Shown: positions 62,186-64,000 of the stretch, piece after piece
Numbering within the stretch: the first letter of the stretch is position 1
How the letters are laid out: each line of letters starts with the position of its first letter
From: Vicinamibacterales bacterium
GTDB lineage: Bacteria > Acidobacteriota > Vicinamibacteria > Vicinamibacterales > UBA8438
NCBI GenBank assembly: GCA_965242835.1
Contig: OZ251506.1
Span: 4,826,494-4,890,493 of the forward strand
Reading direction: 5' to 3'
Length of the DNA stretch: 64,000 nt
The notes under the pieces: generated by a model
Told to the model about the DNA's origin: nothing
Databases searched by the model: none
Seen by the model: only the letters and a program-made list of their open reading frames with translations
Translations under genes and position numbers: made by a program

Positions 62186-63190
62186 TCAGAAGATCGCCAG
62201 CGGGTTCAGGGGCGACCCGGTCCCGCCTTCGACCGCGAGCGGCGCCGCCACCAGCAGGAACTCCCAGCGGCCCTGGCGGGCCGCCTCGGCGGCCAGCGCT
62301 TCGAGGTCGAGGTTGTCGAACAGGGGCATCCCCATCGCCACGATCGTCAACTGGTGGATCGGCTGCGTCACGCCCTCGACGCCCGACGGCAGCACGTCGT
62401 TGGTGCCGTCGGCGCCGAGCATGGCGACGCCCCGCTCGCGGAGCCAGGGGGCGACCGAGGCGTGCAGCCCCGCCGCCTCGCGGTTCATCTCCCACGGCCC
62501 GTGCTCGGCCCGGCGGGCCCACCGCCCGGTGCGGACGAACAGCACGTCGCCGCTCTCCACGCGCAGCCGCGCCTCGGCCTCCCAGGCCTCGAGGTCCTCG
62601 ACGTGGATCGGCGTGCCCGGCTCCAGATGGCCGACGCCCTTCAGGCGCGGGACGTCCATCAGGATCCCGCGGCTGACGATCCCCTGCTTGTAGTTGTCGA
62701 CGCCCAGCCTGGCGCACCCGGCCTCGGTCACTTCCTCGTCGCGGACGTAGCCGTTGTACAGCGCCCCCTCGTGCATCATGTGGCAGAGCGAGTCCATGTG
62801 CGAGTGCGCGTAGCCGTGATACGCGAACGTGTAGCGGTCGCTGCGGAAGGGGCCGGGGCGGTTCGGGCCGAGCAGCTCGTAGCCCACCGGCGAGGTGGCT
62901 TCGACGTCCGGCTCGGTCAGATAGTCGTGGGACAGCGAGACCGATACGCCGGCCGTCGCCAGGGCCAGCGCGGCGCGGCGCTTCTCCGGCGTCACGAGGT
63001 TGAGCGTGCCCAGCTCGTCGTCGGCGCCCCAGCGGCCCCAGTTCGACAGCTCGCGCATCCACTCCGCGACGGTCTCCGCCGTGACCGCGTCCGGCCCCTG
63101 CGCCCCGAGCGGCGCCGTGGCCGCGAGCCCCGCCCCCAACAGGCCGCCGATGACCGCCGCCGCGCCGATCCGCTGACTGGTCCTCTGCAT
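62186..63190 (-). CDS. Cyclase-family protein (kynurenine formamidase-like fold), secreted
   Basis: Signal peptide. 'FAYHGYAHSHMDSLCH' His/Asp-rich metal motif region. Confidence 0.55.
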   Translation of the reverse strand: MQRTSQRIGAAAVIGGLLGAGLAATAPLGAQGPDAVTAETVAEWMRELSNWGRWGADDELGTLNLVTPEKRRAALALATAGVSVSLSHDYLTEPDVEATSPVGYELLGPNRPGPFRSDRYTFAYHGYAHSHMDSLCHMMHEGALYNGYVRDEEVTEAGCARLGVDNYKQGIVSRGILMDVPRLKGVGHLEPGTPIHVEDLEAWEAEARLRVESGDVLFVRTGRWARRAEHGPWEMNREAAGLHASVAPWLRERGVAMLGADGTNDVLPSGVEGVTQPIHQLTIVAMGMPLFDNLDLEALAAEAARQGRWEFLLVAAPLAVEGGTGSPLNPLAIF

Positions 63191-63322
63191 CTCCCTGCTC
63201 CCTCCGGCCCCGGTGTTGAACGGGAATCCCGCGGACGTCCGCCGCCGTCGACGCCCCGGATTCTACACGCGCGGTCCGGCGGCCCGCCCCCGGCGCGGCG
63301 GCGATCGTAGTAGGTTGTGGCG

Positions 63323-64000
63323 ATGCATTCCTCCAACGACCTCTGCGCGTGGCCGGCGGCCGAGCTCGTCCGCGCCGTCGCGGCCCGCGAGCTCTCCGCG
63401 GTGGAGGTGATGGACGCCCACCTGGCCCGCATCGAGCGGGTCAACCCCATCGTCAACGCCATCGTCACCCTGCTGCCCGGCCGGGCGCGCCGCGGCGCCG
63501 AGGCCGCCGACGCCGCGGTGGCCCGCGGCGACGCGCTCGGGCCGCTGCACGGGCTGCCGGTGGCCCACAAGGACCTGACGTGGACGAAGGGCGTCCGGAC
63601 CACGTTCGGCTGCCGGGCCTTCGAGCGTTTCGTGCCCGACGAGGACGCGCCGATCGTCGAGCGGCTGCGCGCGGCCGGAGCGATCACCATCGGCAAGACC
63701 AACACCCCGGAGCTCGGCGCCGGCTCGCAGACGTTCAACGCCGTGTTCGGCCCGACGCGCAACCCCTGGGACACGACGAAGACGTGCGGCGGCAGCAGCG
63801 GCGGCGCGGCCGTGGCGCTCGCCGCGGGGATGCTGCCGATCGCCGACGGCAGCGACCTCGGCGGATCGCTGCGCAACCCGGCGAGCTTCTGCAACGTCGT
63901 CGGCTTCCGTCCCTCGCCGGGCCGCGTGCCGATCTGGCCGAACCAGGCTCCGTGGTTCCCGATGGGCGTGCAGGGGCCGATGGCCCGCACCGTGGCCGAC
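63323..64000 (+). CDS. Amidase-signature family amidase (3' end outside window)
   Basis: Not in the ORF track because no stop is reached. My own translation from ATG 63323: 'MHSSNDLCAWPAAELV...GLPVAHKDL...GKTNTPELG...CGGSSGGAAVALAAG...GSDLGGSLRNPA'. Confidence 0.8.
   Translation, partial: MHSSNDLCAWPAAELVRAVAARELSAVEVMDAHLARIERVNPIVNAIVTLLPGRARRGAEAADAAVARGDALGPLHGLPVAHKDLTWTKGVRTTFGCRAFERFVPDEDAPIVERLRAAGAITIGKTNTPELGAGSQTFNAVFGPTRNPWDTTKTCGGSSGGAAVALAAGMLPIADGSDLGGSLRNPASFCNVVGFRPSPGRVPIWPNQAPWFPMGVQGPMARTVAD

Noticed and set aside
1-64000. tRNA, rRNA, riboswitch or other structured ncRNA genes
   Set aside because: I recognised no cloverleaf-like or rRNA-like sequence by eye. A proper scan (tRNAscan-SE, Infernal/Rfam) was not possible, so absence is not proven.

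Overview
This is very GC-rich bacterial DNA (over 70% GC by eye) from a diderm organism, judged from TonB-dependent receptors, PepSY proteins, PQQ/BamB-like beta-propellers and Tat/lipoprotein signals. I recognised no rRNA or tRNA. About 55 CDSs are credible. Most of the very long ORFs in the track are antisense or out-of-frame GC artefacts.

Core-like content: periplasmic oxidoreductases and hydrolases, two OmpR/HisKA two-component pairs, a Crp/Fnr regulator, a NitT/TauT-type ABC importer and two PepSY-centred neighbourhoods.

Accessory content is concentrated at about 20.0-36.4 kb:
1. A split-B lasso-peptide cluster (precursor-B2-C-B1, minus strand). Its 49-aa precursor has a predicted 19-aa core with two Cys inside the putative Gly1-Asp8 ring.
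2. A recombination-scarred island. Two inverted copies of a large DUF1156-like amino-DNA-methyltransferase gene bracket two overlapping tyrosine-recombinase genes and Phd/VapC modules or remnants. One copy is intact (1175 aa); the other is +1 frameshifted and 3'-truncated. The copies share near-identical arms but carry divergent, AT-richer central cores, so this is a candidate recombinase-driven methyltransferase allele-switching locus.
3. An AT-richer 2-gene membrane/PLD-like cassette that replaced the middle of one Phd-VapC module.
4. An AT-richer 4-gene cassette directly downstream of the intact methyltransferase: SDH/ClpP-fold serine protease, small ORF, 2H phosphoesterase and a SLATT-like 2-TM protein. 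I cannot match it to a named defence system, and it is my best candidate for an undescribed conflict system.

Other signals:
- A dispersed REP/BIME-like hairpin element (6 hairpins at 5 loci). It is translated in-frame inside one gene and supplies the C-terminal 'ESAP-stop' of two others.
- A cas-less CRISPR-like mini-array of 3x29-nt repeats and 2x32-nt spacers.
- A His/Asp-rich repeat in a TonB receptor.
- Short tandem duplications of gene ends.

All family names come from my own reading of motifs, not from database searches.
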